Below are positions 30,373 to 41,107 of a stretch of DNA of 64,000 nt, in pieces (positions within the stretch are counted from its first letter, which is position 1; every line of letters begins with the position of its first letter). This DNA comes from Promethearchaeota archaeon (GTDB lineage Archaea; Asgardarchaeota; Lokiarchaeia; Sigyniarchaeales; SOKP01), in NCBI GenBank assembly GCA_016840165.1, contig JAEOSU010000051.1, positions 1-64,000 of the forward strand. Direction: 5' to 3'. The translations under genes were made by a program, and so were the position numbers. The notes below the pieces were generated by a model. That model did not search any database. It had not been told where the DNA came from and saw nothing but the letters and a program-made list of their open reading frames with translations.

Positions 30373-31197
30373 TTACTCACCAGTGAACTTGGGTTCTCGT
30401 TTATGTAGAAATGCTGTAACACCCTCAATGACATCTTTAGATTGGGAATTAATTGCATAACCTAAATGCTCGAATTGAAGTCCTAAATTTAAAGGTGCTT
30501 GAGATCCATAATCAATAGCTTTCTTTATAACAAAAAGACTTTTAGTTGCGGCGTTCCCTATCCAAGACGCTTTTTGATGCACAAAATCTTCAAATTGTCC
30601 ATTATCTACAAGAAAGGATATTATTCCCCAGTTGTACATTTCTTCAGCACTATAATGTTCACCAAAATAGATCATTGTTTTTGTTCTAATCTTGCCAAGA
30701 TTTCTGATTAACCTTTGAGTTCCTCCATTTAATGGCGCAATTCCTCTTTTTATTTCAGGGAAACCAAATATTGAACGTTTCGATGCTATTATTATATCGC
30801 AAACTAATGCTAATTCAAACCCACCTCCTAAAGCGTACCCATCTACAGCTGCAATTAATGGTTTGGGAAAACTCTCTATGATGTCATAATATTTGTGTCT
30901 TATATACATCGCATGACATTGATCCATTAAGTTTTCAGGATCTATGGCAGGATGTCCACGGACAGATAAATCTGCTCCCGCTGAAAATGCTGGCTTTTTT
31001 GTATACTCTTTTGTCCCTCTTAGAACAACGCATCTTATAGACTTATCTAAAGCCATATTTTCAAGCGCTTCAGCTATCTCTCTCAAAGTAATGGTGTGTA
31101 AAGCATTTAATTTCTCAGGTCTATTTATTGAAATAATTGCATAATTATTTTCTTTATTTTGTTCAATTTTTATATGCTCAAATTGCTTTTCAGACAT
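30373..31197 (-). CDS. enoyl-CoA hydratase (crotonase)
   Basis: AFSAGADL, GGGFEL and FPE with both catalytic Glu present. Confidence 0.92.
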   Translation of the reverse strand: MSEKQFEHIKIEQNKENNYAIISINRPEKLNALHTITLREIAEALENMALDKSIRCVVLRGTKEYTKKPAFSAGADLSVRGHPAIDPENLMDQCHAMYIRHKYYDIIESFPKPLIAAVDGYALGGGFELALVCDIIIASKRSIFGFPEIKRGIAPLNGGTQRLIRNLGKIRTKTMIYFGEHYSAEEMYNWGIISFLVDNGQFEDFVHQKASWIGNAATKSLFVIKKAIDYGSQAPLNLGLQFEHLGYAINSQSKDVIEGVTAFLHKREPKFTGE

Positions 31198-31213
31198 AAT
31201 ATTTCGTATTTTT

Positions 31214-31232
31214 ATAAAGTATTTTACTTTAT
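31214..31232. promoter_or_regulatory. inverted repeat ATAAAGTA-N3-TACTTTAT, candidate TetR operator
   Basis: Perfect 8-bp arms in the divergent crotonase/TetR intergenic region. Confidence 0.4.
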
Positions 31233-31340
31233 CATATATAATTAATAATATTCAATAACATTTTTTAATAAATATACAATATCTATTTGTAGAGATTTTT
31301 TTTAAAATTGTATTTATTATAATTCATATTTCATTGTCTT

Positions 31341-32084
31341 GTGAAAATAATGGCGAATCAAAACAAAAATAATATGAAAATAAAAAAATCAAGAAGTAGG
31401 TCTCCTGAAAAGAAAGCTCAACAATTTGAGCGAATTCTAGAAGCAGGTAAAAATCTATTCTCAGAAAAAGGACGAGAAGGCTTTAGTTTACGCGGATTAG
31501 CAAAAATTCTTGACATGAACCAAAATAATCTTTATAATTATGTTGAAAGTAAGAGAGAATTATGGATAGCTATTCGTAAGAAATTTTTTGAACAATATAG
31601 GGATGAAAATAGGACAATTATTAAAAATCACGATGGATCCACCGTTGATTTATTAGTAAATATATTTGGGCATTTTTTCAAATTTGCTGAAGAAGATTTT
31701 AGTGCATTTACTATGATGCACATTATTCCTTCACCACCCTCAGATAAGATAGGACCTTTTGAGAAGCAATATCAACCATTTAACTTTCTTGATGGAACAA
31801 CTAGAGTTATTCAGAAAGCCATAGATGAGGGTGAGATTAAAGAAAATAATGCGGCTCTACTCTCATTCTTCATATATAGTTTAATCTTAGGAGCTACCAT
31901 GATAGAAAGAACAATGCGAAATTTTGAGGAAAACAGTGATTATAAAGGTAAAGAAGCTGATGAAATGTTTCAGTTTGGTACTCAAGTGTTCACTAGCAAG
32001 GAATTTCGTAAATATGTATTACGCAAAATCCAATTAGGATTAACAGACCCCAATCTTATCGTAGATGAATCCGATTATAAATAA
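31341..32084 (+). CDS. TetR/AcrR family transcriptional regulator
   Basis: ILEAGKNLFSEKG...SLRGLAKILDM...LYNYVESKREL helix-turn-helix; start may be ATG 31350. Confidence 0.92.
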   Translation: MKIMANQNKNNMKIKKSRSRSPEKKAQQFERILEAGKNLFSEKGREGFSLRGLAKILDMNQNNLYNYVESKRELWIAIRKKFFEQYRDENRTIIKNHDGSTVDLLVNIFGHFFKFAEEDFSAFTMMHIIPSPPSDKIGPFEKQYQPFNFLDGTTRVIQKAIDEGEIKENNAALLSFFIYSLILGATMIERTMRNFEENSDYKGKEADEMFQFGTQVFTSKEFRKYVLRKIQLGLTDPNLIVDESDYK

Positions 32085-32119
32085 TAATAAATATCAATTA
32101 ATTTTTTTAAAAACTCAAG

Positions 32120-32139
32120 TTTATAACTATAGTTATAAA
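32120..32139. promoter_or_regulatory. perfect 20-bp palindrome TTTATAACTATAGTTATAAA
   Basis: Self-complementary; overlaps a TATA-like box 80 nt upstream of 32220. Confidence 0.4.
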
Positions 32140-32219
32140 TAGACATCTATCATTAATTTTATTCATCAATCACTTTGCATTAAATGATATAAAATTAAAA
32201 ATATGAGTAAAGAATAAAA

Positions 32220-32972
32220 TTGATAGAAAAGGAATTTGAGACTGTTTTATATGAAAGTAAGAATAACATAGGTTATATTACTCTTAATAGACCAGAAAAA
32301 CATAATGCTTTGAGTTCTCAATTACTCGATGATATAGATGCTGTTTTTGATTATGCAGAAGCAGACGATAAAGCCAATGTAATAGTATTAAAAGGAGCAG
32401 GTAAAAGTTTTTGTTCAGGGTTTGATCTTAACCAATCTTATTATATTACACCTCCAGAAGGCGGTTGGAAATATAAAAATTCCTATGATATTTTAAACAA
32501 GAAAATATTTGCAAAATATCCAAGGATTTGGGATTTTCCTAAACCAACTATTGCTCAAGTTCATGGGTATTGTACTGATGCAGGTTGTTATTTACAACTC
32601 TTATGTGATATTACAGTAGCTGCTGATGATGCAGTTTTAGGTCATCCTGCTCAATTATGGGGCGGAGCACAAAGCTTGCCGTTATGGCAACTCTACTTGG
32701 GAGTTAAAAAAGCACGATATCTTCTTATGAGCGGAAGAAGAATTTCTGGAAAAGAAGCTGCGGAAATGGGACTAGTGAGTATTAGTGTGCCTCGAGAAGA
32801 CCTTGAAGCTGAAGTTAACAAGTTAGCTGCAGAGATTGCTAAAATACCGCCCGTAGGAGCTTTACATAGTAAGATCTCTCTGAACACAGATCTTAAGATA
32901 AGAGGTATTGGTGCTTTATTCGAATATTATGGTCAAATGAATCGATACTGGAGATTATTTCAAAAAAGATAA
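32220..32972 (+). CDS. crotonase-superfamily protein (non-canonical active site)
   Basis: TLNRPEKHNAL, SFCSGFDL, KPTIAQVHGYC; TTG start. Confidence 0.9.
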   Translation: MIEKEFETVLYESKNNIGYITLNRPEKHNALSSQLLDDIDAVFDYAEADDKANVIVLKGAGKSFCSGFDLNQSYYITPPEGGWKYKNSYDILNKKIFAKYPRIWDFPKPTIAQVHGYCTDAGCYLQLLCDITVAADDAVLGHPAQLWGGAQSLPLWQLYLGVKKARYLLMSGRRISGKEAAEMGLVSISVPREDLEAEVNKLAAEIAKIPPVGALHSKISLNTDLKIRGIGALFEYYGQMNRYWRLFQKR

Positions 32973-33170
32973 CTAAATACTAATAAGAATTTTTAAGGAT
33001 TCTGTAATTTTTCTTTTTTATTCATTCAAGTAATTTCACCCTCTTTTTTTCTATAATTTTTTATATCATGGAACAAGCTAATATGTTTCTCCAGTTAATA
33101 AATAAGCTTAAAAACTGTAAATTGCTATGCATATGTTAAGAATATACTTAAAATAACAATATTTTCGTCG

Positions 33171-34304
33171 ATGTTATATAAAAAAGAACGACCCGCGATT
33201 TTAATGTTCAATGATGGTCGTTATTTCGAAGGCATCGGATTCGGTGCTACTAAGAAAGTCCATGGTGAAATTGTCTTTACAACTATTACGGGAGCAGGTT
33301 ATAATGAGACTCTTACTGATCCCAGTTATAAAGGACAAATTGTGGTAATGACTCACCCTTTAATAGGGAACTATGGTGTGCCAGCATGGGAAAAAGATGA
33401 AGTAGGTATTTGGAAATTTTTTGAATCGGATTCTATAAAGTTAAATGGGTTAATTGTAAATGAATGCTGTAAAAATCCTAGTCATTATGAAAGTGTTAAA
33501 ACTTTAAATGAATTTCTTTTAGAAGAAGACGTACCAGGAATTGAATGGATAGATACTCGTGCAATAACTAAGATCTTGCGTGAAGAAGGAGTTAAATTAG
33601 GATTATTAGCAGTATACAATCCAGGAGAACAACCAGATTTAGAAAAATTAAAAGAAGAAGCAAGAGAAGTAGAAGATCCTAACTTAAGAAATTTAGCCAG
33701 TGAAGTTTCTACTCAAGATGTGGTTCATTATAAGCCATTACAAATTAAAGGAAGGATTGTGGTATTGGATCTAGGGGTTAAATTAAACATATTACGAAAT
33801 TTTGTAAAAAGGCAGCTTGAAGTAATAGTAGTACCTCACTATTATAGTTATGAGCAAATTATAGCTTTAGATCCAAATGGAGTGTTCATTTCGAATGGTC
33901 CAGGCGATCCTGCAATATATAAAAATGCAATTGAAGTAACTCGCCAATTAATCGAAAATAACATTCCAACTATGGGAATATGCTTAGGTAATCAGATTAT
34001 TGGGTTGGCTGGAGGAGGGTCGTCTTATAAGTTAAAATATGGTCATAGAGGAGGCAATAAAACAGTTATTAATCCTTATACCAAAAGATGCTTTATTACT
34101 TCCCAAAATCATGGTTTTTGTGTTAAAGACTTCGAAAAGGGAGGGTTTAAGGAATTTCTAAAAAATATTGATGATGAATCCAATGAAGGGTTAATTCACG
34201 AACATAAAAAAGTATTAGCTGTGCAATTTCATCCCGAAGCATCCCCTGGACCTTTAGATTCCTTATATTTATTTGATAAATTTATTGAAATGATGGGGGT
34301 TTGA
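33171..34304 (+). CDS. carA: carbamoyl-phosphate synthase small subunit
   Basis: LTDPSY, SNGPGDP, GICLG, TSQNHGF, QFHPEASPGP. Confidence 0.96.
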   Translation: MLYKKERPAILMFNDGRYFEGIGFGATKKVHGEIVFTTITGAGYNETLTDPSYKGQIVVMTHPLIGNYGVPAWEKDEVGIWKFFESDSIKLNGLIVNECCKNPSHYESVKTLNEFLLEEDVPGIEWIDTRAITKILREEGVKLGLLAVYNPGEQPDLEKLKEEAREVEDPNLRNLASEVSTQDVVHYKPLQIKGRIVVLDLGVKLNILRNFVKRQLEVIVVPHYYSYEQIIALDPNGVFISNGPGDPAIYKNAIEVTRQLIENNIPTMGICLGNQIIGLAGGGSSYKLKYGHRGGNKTVINPYTKRCFITSQNHGFCVKDFEKGGFKEFLKNIDDESNEGLIHEHKKVLAVQFHPEASPGPLDSLYLFDKFIEMMGV

Positions 34305-34307
34305 ATC

Positions 34308-37300
34308 TTGCCCTTGGATTCTTCTATAAAGAAAGCTTTGGTTCTTGGATCTGGTGGAATTAGAATTGGTCAAGCAGGAGAATTTGATTATTCAGGTAGC
34401 CAAGTATTGAAAGCTTTAAAGGAGGAGGGTATAAAGACGATATTAATTAATCCCAATATCGCAACCATCCAAACAGACCCTTTACTTTCTGATCAAGTCT
34501 ATTTATTACCGATTAATGTGAGATATGTAGAAGAAATAATTAAGAAAGAACGTCCTGATGGAATTTTATTGGCATTTGGGGGCCAAACTGCATTAAACGT
34601 CGGTGTCGAACTGCAACAGAAGGGAATTCTAAATAAATATAACATTAAGGTACTTGGAACACCAATCGAAGCAATAGAAGCGACAGAAGACCGAGATTTG
34701 TTTGTTCAAGCGATGAATAAGGCAAATGCGAAAGTATGTAAAAGTAAAGCAGTAACCTCCTTTAAAGAAGCCATGAAGGCAACTGAAGAAATTGATTTCC
34801 CTCTCATGATTCGAGTAGCCTACACGTTAGGAGGCAGAGGTTCGGGGATAGTTGACAATGTAAAGGATTTTGAGCGAATGGCAAAGAAGGGTTTAGCTCA
34901 ATCTCGAATCAATCAAATTTTAATTGAAGAATCTGTTTGGGGTTGGAAAGAAATCGAATACGAAGTTGTTCGAGATGCCGCTGATAATTGTTTTATTAAC
35001 TGTAACATGGAAAACATGGACCCTGTTGGGATTCATACAGGTGAAAGTATCGTCATAGCTCCTTCTCAAACTTTGACAAATGAAGAATACCACATGCTCC
35101 GTTCAGCTTCAATTCGGATAATTCGAGGATTGGGCATAATTGGCGAATGTAATATACAATATGCTCTCCATCCCTATTCCAAAGAATTTAGGGTTATAGA
35201 GGTGAATGCTCGCCTTTCTAGATCCTCCGCATTAGCCTCGAAGGCAACGGGTTATCCTCTTGCTTATATCGCTGCAAAATTGGCAATTGGATATACTCTT
35301 CCTGAATTGAAGAACAAGATCACAGGAATTACAACAGCATGTTTTGAACCCGCCTTGGATTATCTGGTTTTAAAAATACCGCGATGGGATCTTACTAAAT
35401 TTCAGAAAGTTGACCGAAAAATAGGTTCTCAGATGAAAAGTGTCGGAGAAGTCATGGCAATAGGGAGAACTTTTGAGGAAACTCTACAAAAGGCAATTAG
35501 AATGTTAGATATTGGAATGAGAGGTTTTGTCGTTAATGATTTGGAACCTATAGAAGATGTTAATGAGCTTAAGTATGCCTTACGGCATCCTACTGATTTA
35601 AGATTATTCAGAATTGCTGAAGCAATGAAGAAAAAGATCTCAATAGAAGAAATATATCGTTTAACTCGTATCGATCGCTGGTTTCTTTACAAATTAAAAC
35701 ATATAATCGAATTAAAACGACGATTACAAGATATTGAACTATTAGAATCAAGTGATGAAGAAAAAAAATATTGGCTAGAGCGAGCAAAACGATTCGGATT
35801 CTCTGATGGTCAAATTGCTAGACTAATGAATGTGGATACCATTTTCATAAGACAAATGCGGAGGAGGTTGGATATTCATCCCTTTGTCAAAAGAATTGAT
35901 ACTCTAGCTGCAGAATGGCCTGCTAAAACAAACTATTTATATTTAACTTATAGTGCTTCTGAACATGATATCGATTTTGAGAAAGAACATAGCTCAAATC
36001 TTAAGAAAGTTGTCGTTTTAGGGTCAGGAACCTATAGAATTGGAGCATCTGTTGAATTTGATTGGAGTTCTGTGAACTGTCTATGGGGTTTAAAAGATTG
36101 TGGAGTAGATCAAGCGATTATGATTAATTATAATCCTGAAACAGTTTCAACTGATTATGATATATCGGATAAGCTTTATTTTGAGGAGTTATCTGGAGAA
36201 AGAGTTTTAGACATATGCGAATTAGAAAGAGCATACGGAATTGTTGTATCCGCGGGTGGACAGATCGCTCAAAATTTAGCGTCCAAGTTTGCAAAATATT
36301 CTGAATTCTTCAGAAAAACGGGAATTCACATCTTAGGGACTCATGGAAATCGCATAGATATGGCTGAAGATCGAGCAAAATTTAGTGCTTTATTAGATCA
36401 ACTAAACATTCAACAACCACAATGGAAAATGTTGACTACAGTTCAAGAGGCTTTGGATTTTGCTAAAGAAGTAGAATATCCAATATTAGTAAGACCTTCA
36501 TATGTTTTGAGTGGGGCAGCAATGAGAGTATCTTATGATAAAGAAACATTAATCAAAACTCTTGATCTAGCAGCAACGGTGTCTAAAGAATATCCTGTAG
36601 TAATAACAAAATTCTTCACTAATGCTCGAGAAGTTGAATGCGATGGTGTTGCCGATGGAGAAAATGTATTTATTGGAGCAATAGTTGAACATATCGAAAA
36701 CGCTGGTGTACACTCTGGAGATGCTACCATGGCAATTCCACCTCAAACCATTGCTAAAAATACTATTCAAAAAATAGAGCACTATACTAAAAAGATTGCT
36801 TTAGCACTCAAAATAATTGGTCCATTCAATATCCAATATTTGGTAAAGAATGGAGAAGTTAATGTCATTGAATGTAATCTACGTTCAAGTAGAAGCATGC
36901 CTTACGTATCCAAAACGCGTGGAATCAATCTTATGAAATTAGCCGCAGAGGTGATTATGGGAAATAAAATCCCCGAACGTCTTTTAAATTTAGCATATGG
37001 AAATTATGTTGCAATTAAAGCCCCAATGTTTTCTTTTGTAAGATTAGATAAAGCAGATTACCTTTTAGGAGTAGAAATGAGTTCAACTGGAGAAGTGGGA
37101 TGTATCGGTGAAAATTTTCCTGATGCTTTAATGAAGGCTTTAGAATCTACTGAGATGCATATTCCTACTGAAGGTGGCAATATTCTTATTTCTGTAGGAG
37201 GAGAGAAATTGAAGGAAAAAATAGTACCATTAACGAAGAAGATAAAAAAATTAGGATTTACGATATTTGCTACGGAAGATACGAAAAGAACTCTAGAAAA

Positions 37301-37619
37301 AAATGGGATTGATGCCGTTAAACTTTATAAAGTACACGAGTACGGATTGGAGCCAAATATCATTCAATGTCTTCAAGAAGGGCGTATTGATATGGTGATT
37401 AATATTCCCTTGCCAACTACCGCGGAAGAGAAGTTTAAAATAATTATGCAAGATGAATATCAAATTCGAAGAACTGCGGTTGATTATAACATACCAGTAA
37501 TTACTAATTTTCAATTAGCTCAGGCTATAATTGATGCAATAGAACAAATACGAAATAAAAAAACTTCAATCAATTCACTGAATGAATACCATAAGGCCTT
37601 AAAAGAGATATACTGGTAA
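34308..37619 (+). CDS. carB: carbamoyl-phosphate synthase large subunit
   Basis: GSGGIRIGQAGEFDYSG, two ATP-grasp halves, NPETVSTDYD, C-terminal MGS-like domain. Confidence 0.97.
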   Translation: MPLDSSIKKALVLGSGGIRIGQAGEFDYSGSQVLKALKEEGIKTILINPNIATIQTDPLLSDQVYLLPINVRYVEEIIKKERPDGILLAFGGQTALNVGVELQQKGILNKYNIKVLGTPIEAIEATEDRDLFVQAMNKANAKVCKSKAVTSFKEAMKATEEIDFPLMIRVAYTLGGRGSGIVDNVKDFERMAKKGLAQSRINQILIEESVWGWKEIEYEVVRDAADNCFINCNMENMDPVGIHTGESIVIAPSQTLTNEEYHMLRSASIRIIRGLGIIGECNIQYALHPYSKEFRVIEVNARLSRSSALASKATGYPLAYIAAKLAIGYTLPELKNKITGITTACFEPALDYLVLKIPRWDLTKFQKVDRKIGSQMKSVGEVMAIGRTFEETLQKAIRMLDIGMRGFVVNDLEPIEDVNELKYALRHPTDLRLFRIAEAMKKKISIEEIYRLTRIDRWFLYKLKHIIELKRRLQDIELLESSDEEKKYWLERAKRFGFSDGQIARLMNVDTIFIRQMRRRLDIHPFVKRIDTLAAEWPAKTNYLYLTYSASEHDIDFEKEHSSNLKKVVVLGSGTYRIGASVEFDWSSVNCLWGLKDCGVDQAIMINYNPETVSTDYDISDKLYFEELSGERVLDICELERAYGIVVSAGGQIAQNLASKFAKYSEFFRKTGIHILGTHGNRIDMAEDRAKFSALLDQLNIQQPQWKMLTTVQEALDFAKEVEYPILVRPSYVLSGAAMRVSYDKETLIKTLDLAATVSKEYPVVITKFFTNAREVECDGVADGENVFIGAIVEHIENAGVHSGDATMAIPPQTIAKNTIQKIEHYTKKIALALKIIGPFNIQYLVKNGEVNVIECNLRSSRSMPYVSKTRGINLMKLAAEVIMGNKIPERLLNLAYGNYVAIKAPMFSFVRLDKADYLLGVEMSSTGEVGCIGENFPDALMKALESTEMHIPTEGGNILISVGGEKLKEKIVPLTKKIKKLGFTIFATEDTKRTLEKNGIDAVKLYKVHEYGLEPNIIQCLQEGRIDMVINIPLPTTAEEKFKIIMQDEYQIRRTAVDYNIPVITNFQLAQAIIDAIEQIRNKKTSINSLNEYHKALKEIYW

Positions 37620-37672
37620 GTTAATTTATATATATTTTAAATATAAATAAAAAAAAGATAAGAATTTTTAAT

Positions 37673-38647
37673 TTATTTGCGTTGAATTTTTGTAAAAATC
37701 CATGGAACTAAAGTTACCAGTATGAATGATAGGATAAAATATTGCAGAAGATCCATAATATGATCAATAATAGAATCAAATTCGGGAAAGATAAGGCTTA
37801 ATCCGAAATAAAGTAGTAAAGTAATTGCGAGTCCAATAGCTAAATTAATAATTCTTTGAGTTGTTGATAAATTTGTTGGTTCATATTTTATTTTTTCCGT
37901 TTCAATAATGTATCCTAATGAAAGCCCCATTAAGCCCCCACATATTAATCCATAACTTTCTTCTGTAGTAGGAAAGATTAATATCGCTAATATGAATAAG
38001 AATATTGGAATAAATATAGAAAGTATAGCTTTAATTAAAAAAGAAAGACTACTGAGTTTTTCGGATACCTTTGGCTCAAGAAATATTAATAAGATAAGCC
38101 ATATAAATCCGATTGTTAATCCGCCCCAAACGTCCTGCAAGTCATGGACTCCTATAACTAATCGTGAACCTGCAATAAGATATAACAGAATTGCAAAAAT
38201 CCAAAATAATATTTTATTATCCTTGCGATATGCCTCATATGCTAAATATCCCCAACCCACTGCACCATTTTGTGCATGCCCTGAGGGAAAACCATTTCCA
38301 CTTTCGTTAGCTTTATAGTTTGTAGCAGGACGTGGATCTTGAAAGATATCTTTTAAAAAACTGCAAAAATAGTAAGAACTAAGGATACCTATAGCTAAAT
38401 TTTTTGCAAATCGTTTATCATATATGTACCAACTTGCCACGATAATCAAGAGGAATATTAAAACAAGGATTTTAGTGTCGATAACCGAAAAAATTGCAAA
38501 GGTGATATCATTATCAATAAAGAGATCATTAAAGAATAAATTAAAACCGGTTAAGTAGAGAATTAAACCAATTATAAAGGTAACTGCTGTTATCGCTAGT
38601 AAATATAGCATTAATTTACCATTAGATTTGTCATTCATTATTTTCAC
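37673..38647 (-). CDS. PAP2 family membrane phosphatase
   Basis: K......RP, FPSGH, SR...GVH...D motifs; polytopic. Confidence 0.92.
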   Translation of the reverse strand: MKIMNDKSNGKLMLYLLAITAVTFIIGLILYLTGFNLFFNDLFIDNDITFAIFSVIDTKILVLIFLLIIVASWYIYDKRFAKNLAIGILSSYYFCSFLKDIFQDPRPATNYKANESGNGFPSGHAQNGAVGWGYLAYEAYRKDNKILFWIFAILLYLIAGSRLVIGVHDLQDVWGGLTIGFIWLILLIFLEPKVSEKLSSLSFLIKAILSIFIPIFLFILAILIFPTTEESYGLICGGLMGLSLGYIIETEKIKYEPTNLSTTQRIINLAIGLAITLLLYFGLSLIFPEFDSIIDHIMDLLQYFILSFILVTLVPWIFTKIQRK

Positions 38648-38838
38648 ATTTATTTTTCTAAGAGAATATATTATTGGTTGATCATTTTTTGATAAAATTC
38701 TATATATAACTTTCCTTATTTTATACTATAAAAACATTAAAATTACCGGTTCTCTCCATAGAAAATAGAATGATTTGATTAATAGAAAGTTTGAAAAAGT
38801 TTAAAACACTAATATTTAAAATCGCTACAAAATGAGAT

Positions 38839-39135
38839 GTGTGGTGTTTATTAATTTATTATCGTGGATATATCCTAATACGCTTGAAAATTATTGATAC
38901 ACAATGGAAAATAGTGGATAAACTTAAAACACTTCGTCCAAACAAGGATCAAGATTGGAAAATTACCTATACATCTCCTACCTATGGCGGTTGGGACTTA
39001 ATTATTGAATGTATGTTTTCAAACCTTGATGATCTAGAATCTATAGTATCATTTTGTCGCTTTGATCCCGAATTAAGCCGATGGATCGAGGCAACTACTA
39101 CCTTAATAAGCACCAAAAAAAATTATTCTGGTTAG
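38839..39135 (+). CDS. stand-alone Lrp/AsnC ligand-binding (RAM)-like small protein
   Basis: GYILI...YGGWDLIIE...L..IV...TTTLI pattern, no HTH; start uncertain. Confidence 0.55.
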   Translation: MWCLLIYYRGYILIRLKIIDTQWKIVDKLKTLRPNKDQDWKITYTSPTYGGWDLIIECMFSNLDDLESIVSFCRFDPELSRWIEATTTLISTKKNYSG

Positions 39136-39333
39136 ATTAGATTATTTTTATGCGATATAATGAAAATTCTTTAGTTATATAATAATTTTAATATATTTTG
39201 AGATTAACAATTTAAAACTAAATATATATTTCAGTAAAAGCTTAATAATTAACTATATATTATCATCTTCGAATATTAGAAATAAATATCTTCTATAGAT
39301 AAACTAAATTGATAATTTACGGAATGATTAATC

Positions 39334-39993
39334 ATGGAATTAAGTGAAAAAGAGTTGAATAAATTAAATATTGATGAATTAACTCGGTTATTCACAGATA
39401 ATATTAACGAACAGAATTTACAATTAATTAGCGGTATTGAATCTCTCGTAGAAGAAGATTTTGATACTTTTAAAAAAAAGTTGAATTATGTCATCAAAAC
39501 CACTACTGAAGTTCAGATTAAGAAAACATTTGAGAATAAGATTTTTAAATCAAAACTTATGTTTTCAAAAGCCGACAGGTTAAAAGTTTTCGGAAAAATA
39601 AATGATATTAAAAATATTGGGGAATTTATGGCAAATAGATTACTACTCTATCGTGCTATTTTTCCAGATGAAGAATTTAAACTCAATATTTTGAGTATAC
39701 TGAAATCCTTACGTATGATTTCTCTAAATTTATCAAAAGCAGTTAAACAAATTGGCTCAGATTTAAGAGATTCTTATAATATCTGTGAGGATATAAAAGA
39801 AGAAAGGCGAAAAATGAGAAAAGAAGAATGGAAATTATTGAATCGTTTATACAATTATGAGATGGATTATTTATCAAGGACTTTCTTATATCTCAAAAAC
39901 CTAATTGAAGATATTATGATGCTTGCTGATCACATTAAAAGCTTCTCAGAATATATCCAATTTTTAGGAACCAAATATTTAATATTCGACTAA
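39334..39993 (+). CDS. DUF47 / PhoU-like phosphate transport regulator (divergent)
   Basis: All-helical, LADHIKSFSEYI C-terminal pattern, directly upstream of a PiT gene. Confidence 0.65.
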   Translation: MELSEKELNKLNIDELTRLFTDNINEQNLQLISGIESLVEEDFDTFKKKLNYVIKTTTEVQIKKTFENKIFKSKLMFSKADRLKVFGKINDIKNIGEFMANRLLLYRAIFPDEEFKLNILSILKSLRMISLNLSKAVKQIGSDLRDSYNICEDIKEERRKMRKEEWKLLNRLYNYEMDYLSRTFLYLKNLIEDIMMLADHIKSFSEYIQFLGTKYLIFD

Positions 39994-40014
39994 ACTCAAA
40001 AATGATGAAGAGCG

Positions 40015-41043
40015 ATGGCGGATATAACTTCTATTTTAGTTTCAATCTTGGTTATAATGGCTATCTCCCTAGCGTTTTCAATTGGAGCTAACGATGAGAC
40101 TTTATCCGTTTTGGTTGGAGCTGGAGTCCTCAAGTTCAAAATTGCTCTAATAATTGGAGGTATTGCCATAGGTTTGGGGATGGTTTTGTTTAGTGGGGGA
40201 TATGTTGCTAAGACTGTAGGTGCAGATATATTAGGTGAAGGGATTCAATATACAAGGTTTATGATATTAACAGTATTGATAAGTAGTATCTTATGGTTAG
40301 TTGTTGGGAGTTTTGCTGGCATTCCTTTGAGTAGTACTCATTCATTAATAGGAAGTGTTGTTGGGGTTGTTATTATTTATGCTATATTTCAAGGAAGTAT
40401 AAATCTTGAAACAGCGTTTAATTGGGATAAGTTAGGAAATGTACTTCTAAGTTGGGTCATATCTCCATTGTCTGGTTTAATAATAACATATATTATTTTT
40501 AAAATCATTGTTAAAGTATATTTGTATCGTTTAAAAGGATTGAATCAAATTGAAAAATCTGAAAAATATTTTAAATGGATTTTACTTTTAGTGGTCATAT
40601 TTGCAGAGATATGGGTAGGTGCAAATTCAGGAGAAGCTTTAGGAATCCTCTATGGTCTATTAGCAAATAGTTCCTTGAATATACAGCAATATTTCTTTTT
40701 TTCGGTGATATGTGGAATATTTGCATTTTTAGGAATCTATATTGCTGCTCGATATGTAATAAAAAATCTTGCATCACAAATGATTGACTCTCGACCAAGT
40801 GAAGGAATAATTGTACAATTTAGTTCATCAGTAATTTTAATGATTGCCACATTCTTCGGATTACCAATATCTCACAGTCATGTCATAGTATTCTGTATAT
40901 TAGGATTAAGCATTGCTCAAAAAAAAGAGATTGATTACAAAGGACTGGGTAAAATGGCTATGTATTGGCTATTAACGTTTCCCATAGCTGCGATATTATC
41001 AGCATTATTATATTTTGGATTAGGTAGTATAGGGTTGATCTAA
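40015..41043 (+). CDS. pit: inorganic phosphate transporter, PiT family
   Basis: GANDE, PLSSTHSLIGS, GANS, GLPISHSH. Confidence 0.9.
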   Translation: MADITSILVSILVIMAISLAFSIGANDETLSVLVGAGVLKFKIALIIGGIAIGLGMVLFSGGYVAKTVGADILGEGIQYTRFMILTVLISSILWLVVGSFAGIPLSSTHSLIGSVVGVVIIYAIFQGSINLETAFNWDKLGNVLLSWVISPLSGLIITYIIFKIIVKVYLYRLKGLNQIEKSEKYFKWILLLVVIFAEIWVGANSGEALGILYGLLANSSLNIQQYFFFSVICGIFAFLGIYIAARYVIKNLASQMIDSRPSEGIIVQFSSSVILMIATFFGLPISHSHVIVFCILGLSIAQKKEIDYKGLGKMAMYWLLTFPIAAILSALLYFGLGSIGLI

Positions 41044-41107
41044 TAAAATATAAATGTAAAATTATTTATTTAATACAAGAATCAAAAATAAAAGGAAGGT
41101 AAGAAAA

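Noticed and set aside
4354-32140. CTATAG followed by a TATA-like box upstream of three acyl-CoA genes (4354, 8727, 32127)
   Set aside because: Short, AT-rich and coincident with core promoter elements; not separable from chance without genome-wide statistics.
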